Assembly: GCA_965248445.1 (NCBI GenBank)
Contig: CBDFJG010000001.1
Span: 558,131 to 622,130 of the forward strand
Direction: 5' to 3'
Source of the DNA: Planctomycetota bacterium
Lineage (GTDB): Bacteria; Planctomycetota; JAJSAM01; JAJVHW01
DNA: 64,000 nucleotides
Positions 40,528-50,501 of this stretch are shown here, one piece after another; within the stretch, counting starts at the first letter, position 1, and each line of letters begins with the position of its first letter. The position numbers and the translations under genes are program-made. The notes under the pieces are model-generated. The model was not told where the DNA came from and searched no databases. It worked only from the letters and a program-made list of their open reading frames with translations.

Positions 40528-41537
40528 AGACGCACCTCGACAAGATCGCTTCCTGCACCATCAACGCGAAGCTCGACCGCGAGGTCGAGGTCAGCGACCA
40601 GCTCGCGCCGGAACTCGGGCGGGTGGTCGTCGTGCGCGCATTGCGCGAGAAGACCGTCTACGACAAGGTCGAGCTGGTCAGCGGCCGCATGGCGAAGATC
40701 AGCAAGGACGACGTGATCGCGGGTGTGCTCGGCCGGCGTCGCGCGTTGCGCGGCTTCGTCGGTGACATCCCGGACGAGATCCGCGTCGGCGACCGGGTGC
40801 ACATCCTGAACATCGGCGGCGTCGTCGGCGTCGTCGTATCGGGCAACCTCGACCTCGGACAGCCGCTGCTCTGCGAGGTCGTGGGCGCGGTCATGCACAA
40901 CGGCGAACCGGCCAGCATCTCGAAGGGCATCCCGCCTCCGCCGGACACGCTCGGTGACGTGCCACTGATCCTCGTCGAAGGCACGTGCATGAACTCGGGC
41001 AAGACTTACGCGGCTGCAACGCTCATCCAGAAGCTGACGCAGCGGGGCTACCGGCTGAACGGCGCGAAGTTGACGGGCGTCGCGTGCATGCGCGACCAGC
41101 TCAACATGGAGGACCACGGAGCCGTGCGCACGAAGAGCTTCCTCGACGTGGGGCTGCCCTCGACCGTCGGCGTCGACGACGTCGCGGGCGTGGCGCGAAC
41201 CCTCCTCGCGGACCTCGCGAGCGACAAGCCCGACGCGATCATCGCCGAACTCGGCGACGGCATCATCGGCTACTACGGCTGCGACAAGATCCTGGCCGAC
41301 CCGGAGATCCGCAGGGCGACCAAGGCGCACGTCATGTGCGCCAACGACCTCGTCGGCGCGTGGGGCGCGGTCGAGGTCATGCGCAAGTGGGGTCTCGAGA
41401 TCGACGTGCTGACCGGACCGGCGACGGACAACGACGTGGGCGAGGGCTACGCGAAGCAGGAACTGCGGCTGCCGGCAGCGAACGCACGGCTCAACCCGCA
41501 CAAGCTCGCCGACCTGGTCGAAGGCCTGGTGTTCTGA
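40524..41537 (+). CDS. P-loop-containing protein of unknown function embedded in the arginine operon (possibly DUF1611/DgcN-like)
   Basis: 337 aa; ATGA overlap with argG stop and TGATG overlap with argC start; Walker-A-like GTCMNSGKT. Family assignment is from recollection and unverified. Confidence 0.55.
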   Translation: MKTHLDKIASCTINAKLDREVEVSDQLAPELGRVVVVRALREKTVYDKVELVSGRMAKISKDDVIAGVLGRRRALRGFVGDIPDEIRVGDRVHILNIGGVVGVVVSGNLDLGQPLLCEVVGAVMHNGEPASISKGIPPPPDTLGDVPLILVEGTCMNSGKTYAAATLIQKLTQRGYRLNGAKLTGVACMRDQLNMEDHGAVRTKSFLDVGLPSTVGVDDVAGVARTLLADLASDKPDAIIAELGDGIIGYYGCDKILADPEIRRATKAHVMCANDLVGAWGAVEVMRKWGLEIDVLTGPATDNDVGEGYAKQELRLPAANARLNPHKLADLVEGLVF

Positions 41538-42604
41538 TGATCGCGACGGCCGGACCGTCGACGCGATTCAAGATCGCCATCGCCGGTGCCAGCGGCTACG
41601 GCGGCGCGGAGATGCTCCGCTGGATCGCGGTGCACCCCAATCTCGAGGCGTGCGCGGTGACGTCGCGCCGCAACCAGGGGCGCGCCGTGCCGGAGGTGCA
41701 CCCGAATCTGGCCGGCTTCCACGACGACCTGAACTTCGTCGGTAACGTCGACGACATGCTCGCGACGGAGCCGCAGGCAGTCGTGCTCGCCGTGCCGCAC
41801 AAGACCGCTGCCGACATGGCGCTGAAGGTGCAGACGGCACTCCCGGACGTCCCGATCGTGGATCTGTCCGGCGACCATCGCCTGGACGACCCGGACTCGT
41901 ATCGCGCGCACTACGGCGTGACGCACCCCCACCCCGGCGCACTGACGTCCGGCGAGTGGGTGTACGGGTTGAGCGAGGCAAACCGCGATCGCATCTGCAA
42001 CGCGCGTCTCATCGCCAACCCCGGCTGCTACGCGACCGGCGCGGCACTCGCCGCGCTGCCGCTCTCGGAAGAAGGGCTGATCGCCGGACCGGTGCGGCAC
42101 GTGGCGATCACCGGCTCGTCCGGCGGGGGCGTCGAAGCAAGACGCGGAACTCACCATCCCGAACGGGTCGAGAACGTGCGCGCATACAAGGTGCTGGCGC
42201 ATCAGCACGTGCCCGAAATCGTGCGGTGCCTGCGCGAACACGGGATGGGCGACCACGCGTGGCACATGGTCCCGCAGTCCGGTCCGTTCGCCCGCGGCAT
42301 CCTGACGACGCTGTTCGTCGAGCTCACGCGAGAGATGACGGGCGACGAGTTGCGCGGCATCTACGACGGCGCGTTCGAGAACGAGCCTTTCGTGCGCATG
42401 CGCGACGGCTCGCCGCAGATCGCCCACGTGCACGGCACGAACTTCTGCGACATCGCCGTGCACGTGGATGGCAAACAGGCAGTCGTGCTGTCGGCGATCG
42501 ACAACCTCGGCAAGGGCATGGCCGGACAGGCCGTGCAGAACCTGAATCTCCTCCTCGGCCTGAACGAGGCCGCTGGCATCGCGGTGCCCGGGAGCCGGCC
42601 GTGA
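41537..42604 (+). CDS. argC: N-acetyl-gamma-glutamyl-phosphate reductase
   Basis: N-terminal Rossmann IAIAGASGYGGAEMLR; catalytic-Cys region LIANPGCYATG. Confidence 0.9.
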   Translation: MIATAGPSTRFKIAIAGASGYGGAEMLRWIAVHPNLEACAVTSRRNQGRAVPEVHPNLAGFHDDLNFVGNVDDMLATEPQAVVLAVPHKTAADMALKVQTALPDVPIVDLSGDHRLDDPDSYRAHYGVTHPHPGALTSGEWVYGLSEANRDRICNARLIANPGCYATGAALAALPLSEEGLIAGPVRHVAITGSSGGGVEARRGTHHPERVENVRAYKVLAHQHVPEIVRCLREHGMGDHAWHMVPQSGPFARGILTTLFVELTREMTGDELRGIYDGAFENEPFVRMRDGSPQIAHVHGTNFCDIAVHVDGKQAVVLSAIDNLGKGMAGQAVQNLNLLLGLNEAAGIAVPGSRP

Positions 42605-43767
42605 CCGAGGATATCCGCGACGCCGAGGCGCGGTACGGCATCCCGACGTACTCGCAGCTCCCGCTCACACTGGTGCGCGGCGAGGGCTGCTACGTCTGGG
42701 ACAGCGACGGCAACCGACACCTCGATCTCTACGGCGGGCACGCGGTTGCGCTGACCGGGCATTGCCACCCGCGCGTCGTGGCGGCGATCCGAGAGCAGGC
42801 AGGCAAGCTGCTCTTCTACAGCAACGCCGTGTCGAGCGACGTGCGTGCACGCGCACTCGAAGACCTGGCAGCGACGGCGCCCGAAGACGGCTTCCGCGTG
42901 TTCCTCTGTAACTCGGGGACAGAGGCGAACGAAGCCGCCATCAAGCTGGCGCGAAAGACGACCGGACGCCGTGAGGTCCTCTCGATGGAGGGCGGTTTCC
43001 ACGGCCGCACGATGGGATCGCTGTCGGCGACACACCTCGGCCACTACCTCGCGGACTACGCCCCCGGAGTGCCGGGACACCGGTTCATCCCGTTCGGCGA
43101 CCTCGACGCCGCAAGCGCCGCGATCAGCAGCGAGACCGCTTCGGTCATGCTCGAGCCGATCCAGAGCATGGCGGGGATGCAGACCGCCACGGACGAGTAC
43201 CTGCGCGCGCTCCGCGCGCGGTGCGACGAACACGGTGCGCTGCTGCACTTCGACGAGGTGCAGACGGGGCCGGCGCGGACCGGAACCTGGTGGTACGGCG
43301 ATCACGGCGGGGTCGTGCCGGATCTCATCAGCACGGCCAAGGGCCTGGCGAGCGGCGTACCCGCGGGTGCGGTGCTCGCGCGGGCGAACGTCGCCGAGGC
43401 GGTTCGGCACGGCGACCAGGGCACGACGTTCGGCGGCGGGATGCTCGCGTGCGCGGCGATCTCGGCAACGCTCGCCGTCGTGCGCGACGAGGGCCTGCTC
43501 GAGAACGCGACCCGGCGCGGCGCCGAGATCACAGAAGGCGTCTCGGCGCTCGCGGGCGTCACGGACGTGCGCGGACGCGGCATGCTGTTAGGGATCGCGC
43601 TCGATCGGCCGGCCAAGCCCGTCGTCGCGGCGCTACGCGATCGAAGGATCCTGACCGGCACGACGGTCGGCGATGCGCACGTCCTGCGCATCCTGTCCCC
43701 CATCACACTCGGCGACGCTCAGGTGGCGACGTTCATCACACAGCTGGGCGAGGTGCTCGATGCGTAA
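42601..43767 (+). CDS. argD: Acetylornithine (class III) aminotransferase
   Basis: GTG start overlapping the argC stop; CNSGTEANEAAIKLARK; PLP-lysine region DLISTAKGLASG; FDEVQTG. Confidence 0.85.
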   Translation: MTEDIRDAEARYGIPTYSQLPLTLVRGEGCYVWDSDGNRHLDLYGGHAVALTGHCHPRVVAAIREQAGKLLFYSNAVSSDVRARALEDLAATAPEDGFRVFLCNSGTEANEAAIKLARKTTGRREVLSMEGGFHGRTMGSLSATHLGHYLADYAPGVPGHRFIPFGDLDAASAAISSETASVMLEPIQSMAGMQTATDEYLRALRARCDEHGALLHFDEVQTGPARTGTWWYGDHGGVVPDLISTAKGLASGVPAGAVLARANVAEAVRHGDQGTTFGGGMLACAAISATLAVVRDEGLLENATRRGAEITEGVSALAGVTDVRGRGMLLGIALDRPAKPVVAALRDRRILTGTTVGDAHVLRILSPITLGDAQVATFITQLGEVLDA

Positions 43768-44761
43768 CCTGCTCTCGCTGGCGGACCTGCCGGGCAGGGA
43801 ACTGGAAACCCTCCTCGCAGAGGCCGCGCGCATCGCGCGTGACGGCCCGGATCCCACGGCCCTGCGCGGCAAGCGCGTCGCTCTGCTCTTCCTCAACCCA
43901 TCGCTGCGCACGCGCACGTCGATGGAACTCGCCGCCAAGACGCAGGGGGCGCACTCCGTCACGCTCGTGCCCGGCGCCGACGCTTGGAAGGTGGAGCTCG
44001 AACGCGGCGCGGTCATGAATGGAGAGGCTGCGGAGCACATGGTGGACGCGATCCGCGTGCTCTCGCGCATGTGCGACGGGATCGGCGTCCGCACGTTCGC
44101 TGGATTGCGCGACGCCGACGAGGACCGGCAGGAGCGCGTGCTCTCTCTCATCGCGGAGGAGAGCACCGTTCCCGTCGTGAACATGGAGTCGGCTTTGGAT
44201 CACCCGCTCCAGGCGCTGGCCGACCTGCAGACGCTGCAGGAGGAACTGGGTGATCTGCGCGGTGCGCCGGTCGCGCTGACGTGGGCGCCTCATCCGAAGG
44301 CGCTGCCGATGGCGGCGGCCGCCGCTTTCCTGCGCGGTGCCGCGCGCGTGGGCGCGGACGTCCGCGTCGCCGCCCCCGAGGGGTTCGCGCTGCCGGACGA
44401 ACTCGTGGAGGAGGCGCGCACGCTGCTTCCCGGCACCGGCAGCGTCTCCACCACGAACGACCAGCGAGCGGCCGTGCAAGGCGTGCGCGCCGTGTACGCC
44501 AAGGCCTGGGCGGCTCCGGCTCTCTACGCGGATGCGGCCGCCGGAAGCGCTGGACGCGATCGAAACGCCGCCTGGACCGTCACGGAGGGTCTGATGGCGG
44601 AGGGCGCCGACGCGGTGTTCCTCCACTGCCTCCCCGTGCGCCGCAACGTGGTCGTCACGGACGAGGTGCTGGACGGGCCGCGCAGCCGCGTGTACCGCGA
44701 AGCGGAGCACCGGTATCACACGGCTTGCGCCGTGCTGAGCCGCGTGCTGGGAGGCGCGTGA
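43760..44761 (+). CDS. Transcarbamylase of the N-acyl-ornithine type (ArgF-prime-like)
   Basis: Carbamoyl-phosphate motif region SLRTRTS, HCLP motif present, but the canonical ornithine-binding DxxxSMG segment is replaced (VYAKAWAAPALY). Confidence 0.7.
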   Translation: MRNLLSLADLPGRELETLLAEAARIARDGPDPTALRGKRVALLFLNPSLRTRTSMELAAKTQGAHSVTLVPGADAWKVELERGAVMNGEAAEHMVDAIRVLSRMCDGIGVRTFAGLRDADEDRQERVLSLIAEESTVPVVNMESALDHPLQALADLQTLQEELGDLRGAPVALTWAPHPKALPMAAAAAFLRGAARVGADVRVAAPEGFALPDELVEEARTLLPGTGSVSTTNDQRAAVQGVRAVYAKAWAAPALYADAAAGSAGRDRNAAWTVTEGLMAEGADAVFLHCLPVRRNVVVTDEVLDGPRSRVYREAEHRYHTACAVLSRVLGGA

Positions 44762-45672
44762 TGGACGACGTGAAGATCCTGATGCAGGCGCTGCCCTACA
44801 TCCGCGCGCACCGCGGGAAGACGTTCGTCGTCAAGTTCGGCGGCGCGGTCGTGGAGAACACGGAGGCCTTGGCCACTCTCGCAAAGGACGTGTCCCTGCT
44901 CACGAGCGTCGGCATCGACATCTGCATCGTCCACGGTGGCGGGCCGCAGGCGACGGCGATGTCCGAGAAGCTCGGCCTCGCGCCGAAGTTCGTCGAGGGT
45001 CGCCGCATCACGGACGCCGACACGCTCGAGATCGCGAAGATGGTCTTCGCGGGCAAGATCAACCTCGAGATCCTCGGCGCCCTGCGCGCGCAGGGCTTGA
45101 GTGCGGTCGGGCTCTCCGGGGTCTCCGGCGACCTCGTGCAGGCCGTCCGTCGCCAACCCACGGAGTATCGCGACGACGATACGGGCGAGAAGCGTGTGGT
45201 CGACATGGGCCACGTGGGCGACATCGAAAGTGTCGACACGTACCTGCTCCGAGAGCTGATGGACACGGGCCACGTACCGGTCGTGAGTTCGCTGGCCGCG
45301 GACGGTGACGGCAACTTCCTGAACATCAACGCCGACACGGTCGCGACGGCCATGGCGGTCGATCTCGCGGCCGACAAGTTCCTGCTGATGACCAACGTCG
45401 ACGGCATCCTCCGCGACAAGGACGACCCGTCGTCCCTCGTCGCGACCGTGACCGCCGCCGAGGCGGAGAAGCTGATCGAGGACGGTGTGATCGCCAGGGG
45501 CATGATCCCGAAGGTCAACAACGCCCTCGACGCGCTGCGCGGCGGCGTGGATCGCGTGCACATCCTGAACGGCGAGCGTCCGCACACGCTCCTGACCGAG
45601 CTGCTCACGAAGCGCGGCAACGGCACCTTGCTCACGCTGGAAGAACAGCCGCCGGGGTACCTCATCGGATGA
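44761..45672 (+). CDS. argB: Acetylglutamate kinase
   Basis: FVVKFGGAV, IVHGGGPQ, amino-acid-kinase family pattern; ATGA overlap with the upstream stop. Confidence 0.9.
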   Translation: MDDVKILMQALPYIRAHRGKTFVVKFGGAVVENTEALATLAKDVSLLTSVGIDICIVHGGGPQATAMSEKLGLAPKFVEGRRITDADTLEIAKMVFAGKINLEILGALRAQGLSAVGLSGVSGDLVQAVRRQPTEYRDDDTGEKRVVDMGHVGDIESVDTYLLRELMDTGHVPVVSSLAADGDGNFLNINADTVATAMAVDLAADKFLLMTNVDGILRDKDDPSSLVATVTAAEAEKLIEDGVIARGMIPKVNNALDALRGGVDRVHILNGERPHTLLTELLTKRGNGTLLTLEEQPPGYLIG

Positions 45673-46757
45673 GCACGCCGGTGTTCACCGCGGACGACCC
45701 GGTCGACCTGACCGTGCGCCTGGTCGAGACGCCGTCGGTCTCCGGCGGTGAGTCGGCGGTCGTCGGCCTGATCGCCGAGGGGCTGCGCGCCGCAGGACTG
45801 CGGCCGATCGTGACCGGCCGCAACGTGCATGCCGTCGTAGAGGGCAAGCGCCCTGGCCGCCACACGCTCCTGCTGCAGGGGCACATCGACACGGTGCCCG
45901 CTGGACAGGATTGGACCCGCGATCCGTGGCGCGCGTCGCGAGAGGACGGGCGGATCTACGGCCTCGGGTCCAACGACACGAAGGGCGGCGTCGCCGCGAT
46001 GATCTGCGCTTTCGCGGACCTCGCGAAGACGCGGGACTTCGGCGGGACGCTCGTGTTCGCTGCCACATGCGATGAGGAGACCGGCGGCGAGGGCCTCGAG
46101 ACACTGCGCCCCCACCTGCCGCCGCTGACCGGCGCGGTGATCGCTGAGCCGACGACGCTGCGAGTCTGCACGGCTCAGCGCGGGTTGATGCGAATCGTCG
46201 TCGCGTGCCACGGCCGTTCCGCGCACGCGTCGCGACCGTGGCAAGGCAGCAACGCGATCGAGTTGGCGCTGGCCGACATCGCGGCTCTCCGCGCGATCGA
46301 GGCGCCGGACGTGCACCCGCTGCTCGGACGCACGACCTGCACGCCCACCATGATCGAAGGCGGCGTCGGGTCCAACGTCGTCCCGCCGCTCTGCCGCTAC
46401 ACACTCGACGTGCGCCCCACGCCCAACTACCCGAACGCGTGGTGGGAGGAGCGCATCCGGGCCACGGTCCAGGGCGAGATCGAGGTGTTCCGGGGTCGCA
46501 TGGTGCCGGTGGAGACCGAGCCCGGAGACCGGCTCGTGCAGGCGGCACTCCTGGCGGCCGCCACCGGCGACGCGGCACCGTTCGGCGGCGTCAGCGATCT
46601 GTTCCACGTGCGCGACGTCGCCGGCGTCGTGCTCGGTCCAGGGCGCTCGGAGCAGAGCCACTCCCCCGACGAGTGGGTGGAGGAAGAACAGGTGCGTGCG
46701 GCGGTCGCCGTGTACCGCGACCTTGTGCTGAGTTACCTGACGGGAGAGGCCGCATGA
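45669..46757 (+). CDS. argE: M20-family deacylase (acetylornithine or acetylcitrulline deacetylase-like)
   Basis: LLLQGHIDTVPAG metal-binding His/Asp region, GSNDTKGG, M20 dimerisation region; ATGA overlaps on both sides. Confidence 0.75.
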   Translation: MSTPVFTADDPVDLTVRLVETPSVSGGESAVVGLIAEGLRAAGLRPIVTGRNVHAVVEGKRPGRHTLLLQGHIDTVPAGQDWTRDPWRASREDGRIYGLGSNDTKGGVAAMICAFADLAKTRDFGGTLVFAATCDEETGGEGLETLRPHLPPLTGAVIAEPTTLRVCTAQRGLMRIVVACHGRSAHASRPWQGSNAIELALADIAALRAIEAPDVHPLLGRTTCTPTMIEGGVGSNVVPPLCRYTLDVRPTPNYPNAWWEERIRATVQGEIEVFRGRMVPVETEPGDRLVQAALLAAATGDAAPFGGVSDLFHVRDVAGVVLGPGRSEQSHSPDEWVEEEQVRAAVAVYRDLVLSYLTGEAA

Positions 46758-48172
46758 CCAAACGCAAGAACCCCGCGACATCGCGCACATCCAAGCGGGG
46801 CCTGTGGGGCGCACGGTTCGACGGCGGACCGTCGGCCGCGATGCGCGCGATCGGGGACTCGCTGCACGTCGATCAGCGTCTCGTGGACCAGGACCTCCGC
46901 GGGTCGATCGCTCACGCGCGCATGCTCGGAGACCAGGGCATCCTACGGAAGGCCGACGCACGGAAGATCGTGAGCGAGCTCGGCAAGATGCGACGCGAGA
47001 TCGCGCGCGGGGAACTCGTCGTGGAGGGCGCCGACGAGGACGTCCACTCCTGGATCGAACGCGTCCTGACGGAGCGGATCGGCGACGACGGCGCACGGCT
47101 GCACACGGCCCGAAGCCGCAACGATCAGGTTGCCACGGCGTTCCGCCTCTTCCTGCGGGACGGGACCGCGGAGGTCAACGACGCTCTGCGCGCACTGCAG
47201 TCGTCTCTGGTCGCGCGGGCGGCCGAGATGATCGGCGTCATCGTGCCGGCGTACACGCACCTCCAGCGGGGCCAACCTGTGCTTCTGTCGCACCAGTTCC
47301 TGGCCTACGTGGAGATGCTCGAGCGCGACCGCGGACGGTTCCTCGACCAGGCGCGCCGCATGAACGAGTGCCCGCTCGGCGCGGGCGCGGCAACCGGCGT
47401 GCCGTATCCCATCGACCGCGCCGCGACGGCGAAGGAACTCCTGTTCGATCGGCCGACAGCCAACTCCATGGACAGCGTGGCGGATCGCGACTTCGCTGCG
47501 GAGTGGCTGGCCGCAGCGGCAATCCTCGCCGTGCATCTCTCGCGGCTGGCCGAGGACATCTGCCTATGGGCGTCGTCCGAGTTCGGGCTTCTCTCGCTCG
47601 GCGACGCGGTCTCGACGGGCTCGTCGATCATGCCTCAGAAGCGCAACCCCGACGGCGCGGAGCTTGTGCGCGGGAAGGCCGGTCGCGTGATCGGCTCGCT
47701 GGTGTCCCTTCTGACGACCCTCAAGGCGCTGCCGCTGACGTACAACCGCGACCTGCAGGAGGACAAGGAGGTCGTGTTCGACGCGCTCGACACGTCCCTC
47801 GTGTGCCTGCGCATGCTGGACGACACGCTCGCAGAGAGCCGCTTCGTGCCGGAGGCGGCCGCGCGGCTGCTCGAGGGCGGACACCTGCTGGCGACGGAAC
47901 TGGCGGACTTCCTCGTCGGGAAGGGCGTCCCGTTCCGACTCGCGCACGAGGCGGTCGGCGAGGTTGTGAAGGAGTGCGACGACCGAGGCGTCGACCTCTC
48001 CGAGCTGTCGGAGGAGGACCTGGTCGCGCTGCACCCGCGCTTCGCGGACTGCGCAGAGACACTCGACTTCGCCAGCGCCGTGGATCGGCGCGACCACCTC
48101 GGGGGCACGGCGACGAAGCGCGTACGCGCTGCCATCCGCAAGTGGGTGCGCCGCCTCGCGCCGCGGAGGTAG
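46754..48172 (+). CDS. argH: Argininosuccinate lyase
   Basis: Fumarate-lyase signature GSSIMPQKRNPD; 472 aa from ATG at 46754 (the ORF track extends an N-terminal artefact from 46205). Confidence 0.9.
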   Translation: MTKRKNPATSRTSKRGLWGARFDGGPSAAMRAIGDSLHVDQRLVDQDLRGSIAHARMLGDQGILRKADARKIVSELGKMRREIARGELVVEGADEDVHSWIERVLTERIGDDGARLHTARSRNDQVATAFRLFLRDGTAEVNDALRALQSSLVARAAEMIGVIVPAYTHLQRGQPVLLSHQFLAYVEMLERDRGRFLDQARRMNECPLGAGAATGVPYPIDRAATAKELLFDRPTANSMDSVADRDFAAEWLAAAAILAVHLSRLAEDICLWASSEFGLLSLGDAVSTGSSIMPQKRNPDGAELVRGKAGRVIGSLVSLLTTLKALPLTYNRDLQEDKEVVFDALDTSLVCLRMLDDTLAESRFVPEAAARLLEGGHLLATELADFLVGKGVPFRLAHEAVGEVVKECDDRGVDLSELSEEDLVALHPRFADCAETLDFASAVDRRDHLGGTATKRVRAAIRKWVRRLAPRR

Positions 48173-48181
48173 TCGATCCGG

Positions 48182-48760
48182 ATGGAACTCGACGACGCCG
48201 TCGTGCGCAACGCTTTGCGCCCCGCCACCGGAGACTGGCGATCGTCGAACGACCTGAAGGACGCCGCCGTACTTCTGCCGTTGCTGCGTCGGGACGGCGC
48301 CGATCACCTGCTCTTCACGCTGCGCCGCGCGGACCTGCCCGACCACCCAGGCCAGGTTGCGTTCCCCGGCGGGTCACGCGACGCGGGCGAGGATGTCGTG
48401 ACGTGCGCCCTGCGCGAGACCGAGGAGGAGGTCGGGCTCCCGGCCGACCTGCTGACGCCGCTCGGCCGCCTGCCGGAGCGCGTCTCGATCGCGGGCTTTC
48501 TCGTCGCGCCGGTCGTTGCGCGGCTCACACGTGAGCATCCGCCCGTGCCGGATCTGCGCGAGGTCGAGGACGTCTTCGACGTCCCACTCTCCGCACTCCT
48601 CGACAAGAGCCTCTGGCGTTTCGAGTCGCTCTCGACACCTCGGGGCAACTTCAACCACATCCCGTACTTCGACGGCGGACGCCACACTGTCTGGGGACTG
48701 ACCGCCGTGATCGCCCGCGACTTCCTGCGCAGCGTGCTGGAGTTCGATCCGGGCCCGTGA
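48182..48760 (+). CDS. NUDIX hydrolase (CoA-pyrophosphatase-like)
   Basis: Nudix box GGSRDAGEDVVTCALRETEEEVGL. Confidence 0.75.
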   Translation: MELDDAVVRNALRPATGDWRSSNDLKDAAVLLPLLRRDGADHLLFTLRRADLPDHPGQVAFPGGSRDAGEDVVTCALRETEEEVGLPADLLTPLGRLPERVSIAGFLVAPVVARLTREHPPVPDLREVEDVFDVPLSALLDKSLWRFESLSTPRGNFNHIPYFDGGRHTVWGLTAVIARDFLRSVLEFDPGP

Positions 48761-50127
48761 CCGACTCGACGTTCGAGTTGACGTCCTTCGTGCAGGCAAC
48801 GCCGCAGACAGTGTTCGACTGGCATGCACGACCGGGTGCGCTCGAACGCCTCGCTCCGCCGTGGGAGCGCGTCGAATTCCTGCAGAAGGCTCCGCTCAGC
48901 GTCGGCAGCCAGGTGGTGCTCCGCGTGTCGGCACCCTGGCCCCGCAGGTGGGTGATTGAGCACATCGAGGTGCAACCGGGCAGGTCCTTCCGCGACGTGT
49001 AGGTGACTGGGCCCTTCGGGAAGTTCGACCACCAGCACCTCTTTGCAGCCCAAGCGGTGGGTTGCCTGTACTCGGACCGTATCGTCTACCAGTTGCCACT
49101 CGGGCGGCTGGGTCACGCCGTGGGGAGCGGCGTGTTGCGCGCGAAGCTCGCGCGGTCATTCGCGTATAGGCATCGGACAGTGTGCGGCGATCTCGCCGCC
49201 CGACGTGCGTTGCCATCGGAGCAGACCATGTTGATCGCGATCACTGGCGCCGGCGGGCTCGTCGGGCGCGCCCTGGTACCGTTCTTGACCACCGGCGGGG
49301 ACGAGGTCGTGCGGCTCGTCCGCCGCGACCCGAGTTCCGAGGACGAGGTCGCGTGGAGCCCCGCCGACGGGACCGTCGACACGCGCGGTCTGCGCGGCGT
49401 GGACGCCGTCGTGCACCTGGCCGGCGAGGGCATCGCCGACGGGCGCTGGAACGCCGCCAAGAAGGAGCGCATCCGCGCCAGCCGCGTGGACGGCACGGCA
49501 GCCATCGCGAAGGCCATCGCCTCGATGGACGAGCCCCCGCGCGTGCTCGTGTGCGCGTCTGCCATCGGGTTCTACGGCGACCGCGGCGACGAAGAACTGA
49601 CCGAGGACAGCGCCGCCGGGACAGGGTTCCTCCCGGAGGTCTGCCAGGCCTGGGAAGACGCTGCCGCTCCCGCCAGGGAAGCGGGAATCCGCGTCGTGAA
49701 TCTGCGCATCGGCATCGTGCTGTCCGCGCGCGGCGGCGCCCTCCACAAGATGCTGACGCCCTTCAAGCTCGGTGCGGGCGGAGTGATCGGCAGCGGCGAC
49801 CAGTGGATGAGCTGGATCGCGATCGACGACGTGCTGGGAGCGATCCGTCACGCCATCGCACAGGAGCAGATGACGGGTCCGGTGAACGTCGTCGCACCGC
49901 AACCCGTGACGAACCGGACGTTCACGAAGACGCTCGGCCGCGTACTCCGGCGTCCCACCGTTCTCCCGCTCCCGGCGTTCGCCGTGCGGCTGGTGTTCGG
50001 ACAGATGGGCGAAGATCTGCTGATCGCCGGACAGCGGGTGCTGCCCCGTCGCCTGGCGGCCCACGGATACGCGCTCCAGTACACCGACCTCGAGACCGCC
50101 CTCCGCCATCAGCTCGGCAAGGGCTGA
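48757..50127 (+). CDS. SRPBCC-domain / TIGR01777-type NAD-dependent epimerase fusion, interrupted by an in-frame TAG at 49000-49002
   Basis: One continuous frame; the SRPBCC-like domain is split by the TAG; epimerase part has Rossmann IAITGAGGLVG and a DUF1731-like C-terminus. Confidence 0.6.
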
Positions 50128-50155
50128 GTCCCGCTGCGACGACTATCCTGCACGC

Positions 50156-50479
50156 ATGGCGGGTGGATTCCTGGAGGAGCTCACAGACCCGAGTGCGAAG
50201 GCCATGCGGTCGCGCACCGTCGCGCAGACGGCGCTCGTCCTCGGGGTCTCGTCGCTGGTGTTCGTACCGACGGTCGGACTGCGCGCGCTGCTGCTCTGCC
50301 CGGTGGCGTGGCTCATCGGCCACGTCGATCGGGCGAACGCGAGGACTCAGGGCAACCGGCCGGACCCGTCAGGCGAACTCGGCCGCTCGATCGGGAAGTT
50401 CGTGACGCTCATCGGCGCCGCGCCGGTCGCGATCTGGGGGTTCGTCTGGTGGCTCCACAGCTGGAGCTTCGGCATATGA
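50156..50479 (+). CDS. Hypothetical small membrane protein (107 aa)
   Basis: ATG start; two predicted hydrophobic helices. Confidence 0.35.
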   Translation: MAGGFLEELTDPSAKAMRSRTVAQTALVLGVSSLVFVPTVGLRALLLCPVAWLIGHVDRANARTQGNRPDPSGELGRSIGKFVTLIGAAPVAIWGFVWWLHSWSFGI

Positions 50480-50501
50480 ACCCACACTCGAGGCTCGGAA
50501 C

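Noticed and set aside
44796-47096. 766-aa minus-strand ORF across argB, argE and argH
   Set aside because: Antisense to a translationally coupled operon with clear enzyme motifs; Arg/Ser/Pro-rich artefact.
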